Source of the DNA: Eledone cirrhosa
Lineage: Eukaryota
DNA: 64,000 nt
Assembly (NCBI GenBank): GCA_964016885.1
Contig: OZ024743.1
Location: 12,028,001-12,092,000, forward strand
Reading direction: 5' to 3'
Shown here: positions 12,979-29,767 of the stretch, one piece after another
Position numbering within the stretch: position 1 is the stretch's first letter
Layout of the letters: every line of letters begins with the position of its first letter
Program-made: the position numbers and the translations under genes
The notes under the pieces: generated by a model
What the model was told of the DNA's origin: nothing
What the model saw: only the letters and a program-made list of their open reading frames with translations
Database searches by the model: none

Positions 12979-15068
12979 CTCTTGGATGATAAAGGCCCTC
13001 CAACTTGCTAAAGTCCCAGACATTATTGTCAGAGCGATAGAGAGGCTGTCTTTTTCTTGGGCTACTATCCTAGGGTTAAAGACAGAGGGAGGACTCTATT
13101 TTCACTGATAAAATAAAATATTGCAGGGGTATATTTCAGGGGGACAGTCTCTCTGTGATATTGTTCATCTTGCATTAAACCCCTTGTCCTTTCTGCTCAA
13201 GAAATGTGAGGGATACATCATTGGCTCACAGGAGGACAGAAATACGAACCTAACCCATAACTTCTTTGTGGACGATCTGAAACTCTATGCCAAGAATATG
13301 GATGGGATGAAGAAAAATCTTGACCTGGTTACAACGTTCTCAAAGGATATAGGAATGGAGTTTGGCCAAGATAAATGCTCATACATGACTGAAAAGCGGG
13401 GAAAAACAACAACCCAATCTAGCAACATTGTCATCAATGGTCTAACTGTTTCACCGATATCTGATGAGGACTGCTACAGATACCTGGGGATAGATGAGAA
13501 CATATCCTATAATGGTATCTGTAATAAAGAACGCGTAATCAGGGAATACTACACCCGATTAAGAAAGATCTGGTCATCGGAACTCTCTGCGCAAAACAAA
13601 ACAGTGGCTCACAATGTGTTTGCTGTGCCTGTCCTAACACCAACGTTTGGAATACTCAATTGGACGATAGACGAAATCCGAGCAGTTGATGTTGGAACTC
13701 GAAAAAATACTGAACAACACCGGAAACTTCCACATCAACAGTGACATAGACCGCCTTTACTTGAAACGTAAGCAGGGAGGCAGAGGCCTAATATCAGTCC
13801 AGACAACATTTGAATGTCGCATCATATCTCTCCGACAACATCTACGAACCTCGAAGCGTAGGAGCCCGCTTCTCGAGCAAGTCTATCTGCACGAAACAGA
13901 TAAGATCATGAGAGTTGGGAAGGAACTCCTTGAGAGATATTCCCTGTGTGATAATCAAAAACTCACACCCAGGGATGTCGCTCAGCAGTATCGCAGTGAA
14001 TCCATGGATGAAAAACTACATGCCTATCAGCAAAAAATCATGCATGGATATGTTGCCAGGAAGCTCCAGAGTGAGAGTAATATAGATAAGGAAAGTAGTC
14101 TATCTTGGACCAACAACCGCTATATTGGCTCCCACTTTGAAGGATACGCTTTTGCAATCCAAGAACAGGAGATTAGCACTAAATACCTGATTCACAAAAG
14201 AGATAGGGATGCAGGCAAAACACCTAGATGTGATAACAAGTGCAGACTCTGCAGAACTAACATCGAGGATATCACCCATGTCATCAGCAGCTGCCCAAAG
14301 ATGTCATCGCGGTACTATCTACCTATGAGGCATGATGTAGTGGCCAAAACACTACAATGCAGTTCGTAAAAAAGATAGCCCCGATAATAAACACATTAAA
14401 AGCTACAACAATGTGGAAGACATCCATGTACATAATATGAAAGAGTACTGGTGGAATGTTCCAGTAAAAACCCCGATAAAATGCAGGCATAACATACCAG
14501 ATATTATGATATGGGACAGGGAGAAGAAAACATGCACAGTAGTGGAAATTAGCTGCCCAGCAGATGCCAATATAATATCAAAGATTAGTGAAAAGGAGAA
14601 TATTTAGGCATAACTGATGAGAAATCTGCAGATACTCCACCCTGATTACACCTTCAGATTTATGCCTGTGATTATTGGGGAACTGGGGTATGTTAGTAAC
14701 TGCCTCAATACAAATCTTGAGAAGCTAGGCTTCACAGGAACAGAAAGAACACAACTAGTTAGGAAATTACAAGTACAATCCATTAATGGAACAGTAAAAA
14801 TATGTAAAACATTCCAAAAATGTTGCATCTAATAACTGCATATACACATGTACAGATACAACGCATATACATATGCACACATACAACTCAAAACATACAC
14901 ATCCACACATACAATAACATCCATATCTACACATGCATGCATGCAGGCATACATACATATCTACCTAGTTGATGTTGTGTAAATTCCAATGAGAGAGTCT
15001 TGTGTCTATGTTAGAAACCGACTCTCTCTCTATTGGTAAAACTTTGTGAAATTATAAAACCAGAAGAA
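12979..15068 (+). mobile_element. 5'-truncated R4/Dong-like non-LTR retrotransposon (RT plus CCHC plus RLE), frameshifted, in (TACA)n
   Basis: GIFQGDS-type motif near 13126-13150, HNFFVDDLKLY, GMEFGQDKCS, YRYLG, RLYLKRKQGGRGL, CRLC...THVISSC...RHD, HNIPDIMIWD...VVEISCP; 3' end TTATAAAACCAGAAGAA directly followed by (CATA)n. Confidence 0.88.
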
Positions 15069-15098
15069 CATACATACATACATACATACATACATACA

Positions 15099-16682
<1,584 letters not shown>

Positions 16683-16788
16683 CTACATTTTCTCCGGAAT
16701 ATAATTTATACTCGTTGAGCAAACCTACACGTACGCTGTTCATCTCTAACGTGACGATATATTATCACTACATTATTGATAACTTGAA

Positions 16789-16863
<75 letters not shown>

Positions 16864-16889
16864 TTATGTACGTATGTATATATATATAT

Positions 16890-17162
16890 ATTAATTAAAA
16901 AGTGAACAACACAATATATAACTACTCCCTTGCCAAAGGTTTCTGGATCTAGACAATATTAATATAATATACGTCTGGATCGTTCATCAGACAGAGATGT
17001 TATAACATCAGAGATATTATAACATCTCTGCCTGATGAACGATCCAGAAACCTTTGGTAATAGAGTAGTTATATGTTGTATTGTTGACTTTCTAATTAAC
17101 TAGCTCTGTTCTATACATAGAGCATCCTCTTTTCCTTGCCTTTTCTTCGGAATTTCCTAACA
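16890..17162 (+). mobile_element. Fold-back element (family P3) with an HHR in each arm
   Basis: Plus 17026-17065: CTCTGC-CTGATGA-acgatcca-GAAAC-CTTTG-GTA-ATAGAG. Minus 16926-16996 retains the full stem II GATCCAGAC...GTCTAGATC. Confidence 0.7.
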
Positions 17163-17179
17163 TATATATATATATATAT

Positions 17180-17352
17180 AACGAAGGAAATGTGGTAAGG
17201 AACCAGGTGGACCATAACGCACCAAAGTACTCAATACTTAGAGTAGTAGAGTGGGTAATAGGAACAAGTAAGATCCCGACGGCTGAGCTCAAGCCGTTTC
17301 GACGGCCGTCGAAACGGCTTGAGCTCAGCCGTCGGGGTCTTACTTGTTCCTA
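17180..17352 (-). mobile_element. Family P1 palindromic half-HHR element in (TA)n
   Basis: Near-identical to 4478-4670, with the palindrome centre shortened to GTTTCGACGGCCGTCGAAAC. Confidence 0.75.
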
Positions 17353-17376
17353 TATATATATATATATATACTTGTT

Positions 17377-17435
<59 letters not shown>

Positions 17436-17440
17436 TTGTT

Positions 17441-17476
<36 letters not shown>

Positions 17477-17479
17477 TAC

Positions 17480-17510
<31 letters not shown>

Positions 17511-17558
17511 CGTGTGTGTGCGCGTGTGTGTGTGTGGTGCGTATGTGTCTGTGCGTGC

Positions 17559-17628
<70 letters not shown>

Positions 17629-18275
17629 GCATTGGATTCTATTTATCACCAGGTCAGCTATGACCAAGAAGACCTATGTATGGTTAAAGGCATTTCACCG
17701 CAATTCTCTCATCTTATTTTCAAATACACTCCATCTAGAACACCAATGTCTAACATGTTCGTTCTTTTTTAAGGATGTGACTGGAAGATTTGGCTGTCAT
17801 TTTTAGTAGATCGATCAGCCATGTAGAATCTCATTAACTCGTTGCAATGGGTTGTTTTTGTTGTCGTTTTGTTTAATCTCAGATCATCCCTAAACCCAGC
17901 GGCGAATACATAAAGTCTTTAGAACATCTGAAATAATTTTTTTGCGGTATTCGTTCTGGCCCTTAGCAATCTGAGTTCAAAGCCGGCCGTGGTCGACCTT
18001 ACCTTTCATCCTTTCGGGATCAACAATAATATACCTGACTAATACTGGGATTGATTCTTCCTCTATATCCTTTTCTTACAACTCCTCTCTCCCCACTCCG
18101 GAAGAAATAGGCTATGATCATCGTTAGGCACCCATACAAACATACATCCTTATTCAAACAGACATATGATCAAACGCATGCTAGCAGTGACCGAAGTGTT
18201 AAAAACACTGAAACACATTGACCAATGTTTTGTTTTTTTAAAGGTGCAGTATGTGGCTTCTATTTCTAGCAGAAT

Positions 18276-18312
<37 letters not shown>

Positions 18313-18659
18313 GTGTGTGTGTGTGTGTGTGTGTTTTCGCATTGGATTCTATTTATCACCAGGTCACATATCTTCATTGATTATTGTTTAATTTTGTAAC
18401 AATATGTTCTAAGTTTTTCACACATCCATGGATGCAAAACTTTGAATACACCATCAGTATTGTATCTTAGAGTCACTGAGGTTTTTGGGGTCTTACATCA
18501 TACATACTCGTCCTGATGTCCCCATCGAGGTTGATAAAGTCTCAGTCTGTGTTCAAATGACCATCTACTAACTCCATCAGTCTGTAGCATGTATTTTCCA
18601 AGTAGATTATTTAGTAAATTAAATAATTCAAAGATTTATAGATTGCGAATCTACATAAG

Positions 18660-19525
18660 CCATTATTATATCATAGAGGAGGGTGGTGGATTGGCAGTAT
18701 CGGTAGAGGGTCGAACGCCATGCTCTGCAGCATAGAGTTACAACCCTTTATGATCTGAGTTCAAATCCCGCCGAGGTTATCTTTGCCTTTCATCCTTACG
18801 GGGTCGATAAAATAAAGTACCAGTCACGCACTGGGTCGATTTAATCGACTTTCCCCTCCCCAAAAATTGCTGGCCTTGTGCCTATATAAGAAACCATTGT
18901 AAATTGGCAGTATCGGTAGAGGCTCGGACATGCTTTCCAGCATAGTTACGTCCCTTTATGATCTGAGTTCAAATCCCGCCGAGGTTAACTTTGCCTTTCA
19001 TCTATACGGGGTCGATAAAATAAAGTACCAGTAATGTACTGGTAATTGCTGGCTTTGTCCCAAAAGTAGAAACAATTATTATATCATAGAGGAGGGCGGT
19101 GGATTGGTAGTATCGATAGAGGGTTGGACGCCATGTCTTGCAGCATAGAGTTACGGCCCTTTATGATCCGAGTTCAAATCCCGCCGTGGTTAACTTCGCC
19201 TTTCATCTTTACGGGGGTCGATAAAATAAAGTACCAATCATGCACTAGGGTCGATTTAATCGACTTTCCTCTCCCCCCTAATTGATGACCATGTGCCTAT
19301 ATAAGAAACCATTATTATATCATAGAGGTAAATTGGCAGTATCGGTGGAGGGTTGGACACCATACTTTCCAGCATAGTTACGACCCTTTACGCTCTGAGT
19401 TCGAATCCCGTCAAGGTTAACTTTGCCTTTCATCCTTACGGGGTCGATAAAATAAAGTACCAGTCATGTACTGGGTAATTGCTGGCCTTGTGCCTAAAGT
19501 AGAAACAATTATTATATCATAGAAG
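18660..19525 (+). mobile_element. Head-to-tail cluster of four family A tRNA-SINEs (Meta/MESC-like domain)
   Basis: Each unit has A-box TGGCAGTATCGG, B-box GAGTTCAAATCCC, then GCCTTTCATCCTTACGGGGTCGATAAAATAAAGTACCAGT and tail GCTGGCCTTGTGCCTA. Confidence 0.85.
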
Positions 19526-20207
19526 TACACTTCCTACCATCCTCTTTATCTAGTATGTTTAGGTCACATCGGTGTAGAAATACTAGTTGAAGACCAACTT
19601 TGCCTTTCAATCTTTCTGTTCCCAGTCATGGATTGGCGGAATTATTAGGGTGACAAGGTGGCCTGCTGCATTTGTTACACTGCGCTTCCCGTGCTAATTT
19701 CAATTCCGCCGTAGCATCCTTGAGTGGGAGAAATAATCCGTCACCCAGTTTAACAACACCACATGACCCATGTGTATTTTTAGTGCAGGAAACTTTGATG
19801 CAAGCCTTTGGGTCAGGTCACTGATTTAAGGATAACTTCTCCTCTCCCAAATTCCTGTCTCGGAGGCTAAGAAAATGATTACGGACACTGCCCTTCCCTT
19901 CCTGGTAAAAGAGTAAAGAAATAACACTATCTTAAAAATAGTAAGGACACATTGGTCAATGTAGTTTTATATATATATATATATAAAACAACATTGACCA
20001 ATGTGTCCTTTCTATATATGTGGAACCAACCAACCAACCAGAAATTTATAAATTTATAAATTTGTAAATTTATAAATATATAATAAATTGAAGTGAAAGC
20101 AACTGGTGCGTGTGTTTCTTATTGGCAACATGACCCTCTCAAAGTATAACAATAACGGTTTCAACACACGATTTCAGATAAAGAATCTTGCTAAACAAAT
20201 TCAGAAA

Positions 20208-20244
<37 letters not shown>

Positions 20245-20760
20245 AGGCATGGTTATGATTGGAATGCCTTTGATGATAGATCTGGTTGACCAGAGTTGAT
20301 TAGACATAAACAGCAACAACCAGTTATTCCCATTATCTATATTAATGCTGCTTTTACATTATAGATAATGAGAAGGCTGTAGTAATAACAATTTCACGTT
20401 TAGTCAGAATATTCTATGAAATCTTGTTTTTCACCATCTAACATATTATTTGTCTGAATTCTTCGTTATTTTTAGTATTATTACTGTATATAAGCTGTGT
20501 TTCTATGCCTTTTCCCTTGAGATTGTGTGTGTGTGAGTGTGTGTGTATGTATGCGTACACGCAAATAGATATTTTAAAAAGCCGAAGAAACAGATCATCA
20601 ATAAAACCAACTAAATACCAATACATACGCTGCATATATATATGATCATGTGCACAATATAAAATTGATTTTGTGCCGACAAATAAGTAATATTTCATTT
20701 ATCTTTTGATCTAAGTATCGCCGCCTTTTCTTACCCCCTACTCAATCTACACACGCAGAC

Positions 20761-20833
<73 letters not shown>

Positions 20834-21005
20834 ATTAGTATATCTACCAACGTATGTATACAGATGTATACCTATGCTAGCAAATATATATGTTATGTCT
20901 TAGTACCTTTGTGGTTCTATGCAAGGGGATGCAGAACAATTATATTATTATTTTTATATGGGTTCCTAGTGTCCGCGCATTGCCTGGGAACTTAGCTGAG
21001 AATAG

Positions 21006-21087
21006 ACTCCCTGATGACGTAAGGATTTCTCTATAGTTGCGTTGCGTAACTATATTTATTCCCTTACTGAAACTAATTAGTTGGAGT
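21006..21087 (+). ncRNA. Type I hammerhead ribozyme (family P4); further copies at 23023-23102 and 23925-24006, partial at 23409-23467
   Basis: ACTCC-CTGATGA-cGTAAGG...CCTTACt-GAAAC-TAATTA-GTT-GGAGT; palindromic stem III AACTAATTAGTT; compensatory changes in the 23023 copy. Confidence 0.85.
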
Positions 21088-21145
21088 GAAAATTTTAGTA
21101 AATTTTAGTAAGTTAATTTTAAAATTTTCTTATTTTACGTCTTTC

Positions 21146-23008
<1,863 letters not shown>

Positions 23009-23167
23009 TAGCTGAGAATAGGCTTCCCTGACGACGAAATGCTTCTGAATATTTTCTTCGGAAACTATATTTATTCCATTTCAGAAACTAATTAGTTGGG
23101 AGTGAAATTTTAGTAAGTAAGTTAATTTTATAATTTTCTTATTTTACGTCTCTCATATATATATATT

Positions 23168-23201
<34 letters not shown>

Positions 23202-24062
23202 CATATATATATACATATATATATATATACATATATATATAGAGAGAGAGAGAGAATTAGTATATCTACCAACATATGTATACATATGTATACCCATGCT
23301 ACCAAATATATATGTTATGTCTTAGTATCTTTGTGGTTCTATTCAGCGGGATGCAGAACAATTATATGAAAGACGTAAAATAAGAAAATTTTAAAAATGA
23401 AAAATTAACTCTATAGTTATGTTACGTAACTATATTTATCCCCTTACAGAAACTAATTAGTTGGAGTGAACATTTTAGTAAGTAAGTTAATTTTTAATTT
23501 TTTAAATTTTCTTATTTTACGTCTTTCATATAATTTTTCTGCACCCCCCTGCATAAAACCACAATTGTACTAAGACATAACATATATATTTGCTAGCATG
23601 GGTATACATCTGTATACATATGTTGGTAGATATACTAATTCTCTATATTTATCTCCAAATTATTTGTTGAGTAAAACTTGCCAAAATTTACTGCTGTGAT
23701 TCATGGTAGTAGTAGGCTCTTGTCATAATACCACCCCACTACTCACTGATTAACCTCAGTGTCACGTGATTGATCCTTTAGAATCTGCCACTGACCAAAG
23801 AGGCAGTGAATTTTTTCAGTGCTTTGGAATTTAGTCCCCGCTAGCTTTATTCCATCCACTAAATTATTATTTTTATATGGGTTCCTAGTGTCCGCGCATT
23901 GCCTGGGAACTTAGCTGAGAATAGACTCCCTGATGACGTATGGAATTCTCTATAGTTATGTTACGTAACTATATTTATCCCCTTACAGAAACTAATTAGT
24001 TGGAGTGAAAATTTTAGTAAGTAAGTTAATTTTTAATTTTTTAAATTTTCTTATTTTACGTC

Positions 24063-24169
<107 letters not shown>

Positions 24170-24214
24170 TAATACATATATATATATACATGTATATATA
24201 TACATTTATATAGA

Positions 24215-26414
24215 GAAAAACATTTTAGCCATCACCCAACACCAATCTTGCTGTCACTAACACACATTCACAAAACAAGCCCCCTGCAACAGTCAAAACA
24301 AACCAGCCACCATACTAACCTCCAGATTCTTACTCAATACACAAGGTATCAGCCCATCCATCAATGCACAGAAATGGAAGATCCAATTCATTGAGGATTG
24401 GGTTGGCAACCATCCATTTCACATCCCCTTCTTCATTCTTACTGAGACCCACTATGACAACTCCAGCTTGGAGGCCGAAGTAAGAGTGAGAAATTTCACA
24501 ACCATGCGTGCGGATCGTGTTGGCAGAAGGAAGGGTGGAACTGCTTTTTCCTGCATGATTCCTTTACGGTAGTTGGCAACAAAACATTCTCCAATGGCTA
24601 CTGTGAATCAGTCACTGTGCACAATAAAGCCAATGACCTGACATTAGTTGGGCTCTATAGGCCGCCACAAACACCCATAATCTGCTTCAAAGAATGCCTC
24701 AACAGTATTAAATGCTTTATCAAACGGTGCCATTCTAGCAACATACTTTTGATGGGAGACTTTAATCTACCCTGTGTCGATTGGTATACATGTAGTTTGA
24801 AACCAGGCTCCACAGCCTCAACCACTGACAAAGAGGGTGTCGAGTCACTTCTTGACTTCATGAATGAGTTTTTCTTGTTACAACTTGTCCTTGCACCAAC
24901 GAGGCATCAGAAGAACATTCTGGATCTAGTGTTTAGTAACCACACTAACACTATACATAATATTACAGTGGAAAAAACCCTTCTCTCAGACCATGACATG
25001 GTTCTTTGTAGCCTGAGATTCCACCAACCGAAAGCTAATCCCAGGGTCCTCTTTCCAGCCCGCCCATTTATAACATGGGTCTCTACAATGCCAACTGTGA
25101 TGCAATTATGAACGAACTATCACATGTCGACTGGTCTTTTACACACGCACACACTTCCACCAACATCAAAACATCTTGGCAGATCTTTGTAGACACTGTC
25201 ACAAATATATGTACAAAACACACCCCACCAAAACCTGTGAAAAAAACCAAGTGCAGTATCCCCCAAAACAGAAAAACAATTATCAAAAAAATAAAAAGAA
25301 CAAACAAATGATGACCATCATCAATAACCAGAGAATAGCTGAAGAGAGGTGGGCTATTGAGAAAATAAAACTCAACCCCAAAGTGTTCTTCTAATTCGCT
25401 AAAAAACACAAAGTCACCGTCTCCACTGTTGGCCCCCTAGTTGATGAAAATGGCACACTAGGGGTCATCAATGAGGTGGGTGACCGGACTTGCCTTCAGT
25501 CAGACCTATTGGCTGTTATCCAATGGGCAGAGATGAATAATATGCTGTTGAATGAGGATAAATTTGAAATAAACCACTTTGGAGAAAAGGATGCCCTGAA
25601 ACTACCATACTCTCTTCCTTCGGGTGAAACTCTAGTGGCTTTCAACAACATCAGAGACCTGGGAGTAATTGTGGACAACAATATAAGCTGGGGCACTCAT
25701 ATAAACAGCAAAGTTGATATGGCCCGCAGAATGTGTTCCACGATTCTCAGAACTTTCCAGTCGAGAGATATCCACACTGTTGTCCTTCTCTTCTCCACTT
25801 TGCCCGACCCCACCTTGAATACTGTTGTCCACTGTGGTCAGCCCACACGAAACAATGTATCATAAAAGTTGAAGCACCCCAAAGGTCAATTACAAAAAAG
25901 ATAGTTGGTATGACAGGCCTTGACTATTGGAGTCAATTAGAAAAGCTCAAACTTTATTCTCTTCAACGTCGCCGTGAGCGCTACATTATCTGTATGATGT
26001 GGAAAATATTCTATCAGCTTAGCTCAAATGATGTTGGCATCACCTTTAGTGTACACCCAAGGTTTGGTCCCCGTGCTATCCGCGCACGACAAAAGTCCCA
26101 CTCGCATCACATAACAACAATACGGCACAATTATTTCACCTCAATTGGCCCTGCACTCTTTAACATTACACCAAAACACAACAAAGCAGAGACAGACCCC
26201 ATCAAGTTCAAGATGTCTTTGGATAAATTCCTTCAAGAAATCCCGGATAAGACTCCTACACCCGGATATGCCTCCGTAAACAATAACTCTCTGCTCGAGT
26301 GGGCCACGGTGCCCAAACACTGATTTGAAAGACTTCGCCAGGTCGTGCTATTAAGTTAGACATGGCCTGGGCCAATACTGGCCGAAACCTATCAAAGTTA
26401 TCAAAGTTAAAGTT
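24215..26414 (+). mobile_element. CR1-group LINE, internally deleted (APE endonuclease plus post-RT C-terminus)
   Basis: LTETH, GLYRPP, LMGDFNLP, PTRHQKNILDLVFSN, LSDH, then LQSDL..WAEMNNMLLNEDK, RDLGV, RPHLEYCCPLWS, LYSLQRRRERY; short tandem 3' tail (TATCAAAGT). Confidence 0.85.
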
Positions 26415-26439
26415 ATATATATATGTATATATATATATA

Positions 26440-26872
26440 TAAATATTGTTATACTTGGGGAGGGTCATATTTGTGTAATATTGCCAGAATTAATAACAGA
26501 ACACGCTCACTGTTTGGTTGGTTTTCGCTTCTCACTTCTGTATCGGTAATCTAACTTACTCGGTCCTCAATGTTGCCATTGACTGACCGACGGTCAAAAA
26601 TAATACAGATACAATATAGACACAATATAGATACAATATAGATACAATATAGACACAAACACATTTATATATGTGTTTGTGTCTATATTGTATCTGTATT
26701 ATTTTTGACCGTCGGTCAGTCAATGGCAACATTGAGGACCGAGTAAGTTAGATTACCGATATAAAAGAAACAGAAGCGAAAAGCGAAAACCAACCAAACA
26801 GTGAGTGTGTTTTGTTATTAATTCTGGCAATATTACACAAATATAACCCTCCCCAAGTATAACAATATTTGT
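26440..26872. repeat. ~200-bp-arm palindrome of a short dispersed element (family P5); single-arm copy at 34424-34622, related piece at ~20130-20200
   Basis: 26440-26665 is the reverse complement of 26670-26872; flanked by (TA)n. Confidence 0.8.
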
Positions 26873-26929
26873 TTCGACACACGATTTCATATAAAAAACG
26901 TCGCAAAACTAATATATATAAATACATAC

Positions 26930-26960
<31 letters not shown>

Positions 26961-26963
<3 letters not shown>

Positions 26964-29767
26964 TTATTAAAATAACAGATTAAAGTTTAAGCAAAGAATC
27001 GCTGCTTTCACCCTTAACGGGATCTTCTGAAACTAACAAAGTCAATCTGTAAACGCAGAAGTGGATATTTCAGAAAACGTTGCAACCGGAGGAAGACAGG
27101 AAGACGATACTTTGGTTCGTGGAAATGTTCGCTGGCAAAGAACGGGAAAAAACGAATAAGATACGTCATTAATAGGAGCGGTGAAAAACAATTACGCGCA
27201 AAGACAGAACCACGTTTATGGTATAAAAGAGGTCGTAGACTAATGTTCTCTTCGGTGGTTCATAGAGACTTTCTCTGGCAATGAACGAAAAAAACGAAGA
27301 AAATACGTCATATGTGGAGCGTGGAGAACAATATCACGCAAAACACTCACAGTGGTTAAGGATTTCGAAGTTGATGTCATCCTCAATGCCCGAAAGTCGG
27401 TGATTAATTTCGACGACTCTATTTGGATTAAAAAATCCAATAGTACCCCATTCGACGTGAGCATGGGCGCCAGTGATTCTGCGGAGGTTACTGATCTTAT
27501 CGGCCTTTTCCTTCTTTTCTCTATCAAGGACGAATTCCCCAACGCGGGCGGTGGTTTGTACCGTGACGATGGTGTTTTAACCATGACAAAGTGCGGACCT
27601 CGTGCTTGCGACAGGTTCAGAAAAGAACTCACAGACTTCTTTAAAGGCTTCAACCTCTCTATACAGGTTGAGGCCAATCTCTCGGTCGTTAATTACCTTG
27701 ACGTTACCCTCAATTTATTGAATGGATTGTATTATCCGTATAGAAAGCCGAATGATACGCTTAATTACATAAGTAAGCATTTCAACCATCCTGCCAGTAT
27801 AACCAAGAACCTGGTAAGAAACGTTTCGTTGAGGCTTTCACGTCTTTCCACCAACGAGCGTATTTTCAACGACCATTCCACTTATTACAATTAAGCTCTT
27901 ACTCGAAGTGGATTTGTCGATAAGGTAGCATATACAGAGTACGAAAATAGACATAGAAGAAATAGATCCCGTCGCATTTGTTGGTATAACCCACCATATA
28001 ATATGGAGGTGGCCACACCATTAGCTAAGATCTTTCTTTCCCTTATTACGAAGCATTTTCCCCCTACACATAAATATAGTAAAATTTTTAATAGAAATAC
28101 TATTAAAATTTCTTACTCAACGACTCCTAACCTTGCACATAACATCACAGCTTGAAATTTAGCTAAACTACCTAGCCGTAGGAACACGTGCAACTCTGTA
28201 GTTAGTACTAACTGTAATTGTAGGAATCGGGCTGATTGCCCCCTATCCGGGAAATGCCTCTGTAGTAACATTGTCTACAAATGTAAGGTTGTAACACCCA
28301 CGTCCCGTAGGGCCTACATAGGGTTAACCGCCAATATATTCAAGCAGCGTCTTTACACGCATACCTATTCTATTCGTTACCCTCTAAGAAGGAATATGAC
28401 GTCACTTTCAGCTTATATCTGGAGTCTAAAAGACAACCACACCCAATATAAGTTACACTGGGAGATCCTAGCTAGGGCTAGATCGTATAACGGAAATAAA
28501 AGACCATGTGACCTCTGCGCCGCTGAGGCCTTGGAAATACTCTACGCCACAGACCACATCTTAAACAAAAAATCTGAGGCAATTTCGGCTTGTAAACATA
28601 AATTGCACAAAACTTTCCTGTATTACAGCCCCACGTTATACCCTAATGGATAGTATGATCTATACGTGGATATTTTACGTCTTGATGTGGGAGCTAAGTA
28701 TATGTTTTATTTATACCATTACTTATTTGCATAGGTTAGTATATATTACCCGTATGTTTCGTGAAGGTACGTATACCTTCTCGTACGTATATTTGATTGT
28801 TTATGTTATGGCGTAAAATTTATTTATTTTTTTATTTTTTTTATTCTGGTACATATGGTTTGGCTATGTGTATACGGGAGTTTTGCGTCTGTGTGAGTAT
28901 GCTGGTTTGTACGTATGTAGGGTGTGTGTATATATTACTTCATGTTTTGGTTGACTTACGTCTCCGAATATTCGTGTATTTACATGTAGGTATGTGTGTG
29001 CGCTTGTTATATACGTATTTATTTATTTATATACGTTTATATATTTATTTATTTATTTATTTGTATACACGCATACACACACACACATATTTATATGTGC
29101 GTGGTTTTGTATACCTATGGTAAGTGTTTTGTGTATGCTTGTGTATGTACGTATTTGTTTGCGTGTATGTATTTAATTATTTCTATTACTTCTGTATTGT
29201 ATTTATTTACTTTGTCCTTAACTCTGTAGCGGAGATTCATTCGGTCTCCTAGTTAGAATTTTAGTCTACGATTTCTGCTATACCATTTACATGGTTTTGT
29301 CTTTGCGTGCTATTGTTCTCCGCGCTCCACATATGACGTATTTTCTTGGTTTTTTTCGTTCATTGCCAGAGAACGTCTCTATGAACCACCGAAGAGAACA
29401 TTAGTCTACGACCTCTTTTATACCATAAACGTGGTTCTGTCTTTGCGCGTAATTGTTTTTCACCGCTCCTATTAATGACGCATCTTATTCGTTTTTTCCC
29501 GTTCTTTGCCAGCGAACGTTTCCACGAACCAAAGTATCGTCTTCCTGTCTTCCTCCGTTTGCAACGTTTTTTGAAATATCCACTTCTGCGTTTACAGATT
29601 GACTTTGTTAGTTTCAGAAGATCCCGTTAATGGTGAAAGCAGCGATTCTCTGCTTAAACTTTAATCTGTTATTTTAATAAATATTTGCTCTACGGTTCTT
29701 ATATATTTGATATATATTTATCCTTATCGAGCCCTCTTTGGATTTTTGTCTTGAAATTTATTATTAT

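Noticed and set aside
18690-18775. tRNA genes at A-box/B-box motifs
   Set aside because: No cloverleaf; always followed by the SINE body
28153-28155. In-frame TGA in the PLE ORF as possible selenocysteine (known in some Naiad elements)
   Set aside because: Not at a conserved Cys position, the ORF also has a TAA at 27892-27894, and no SECIS was recognised; probably decay
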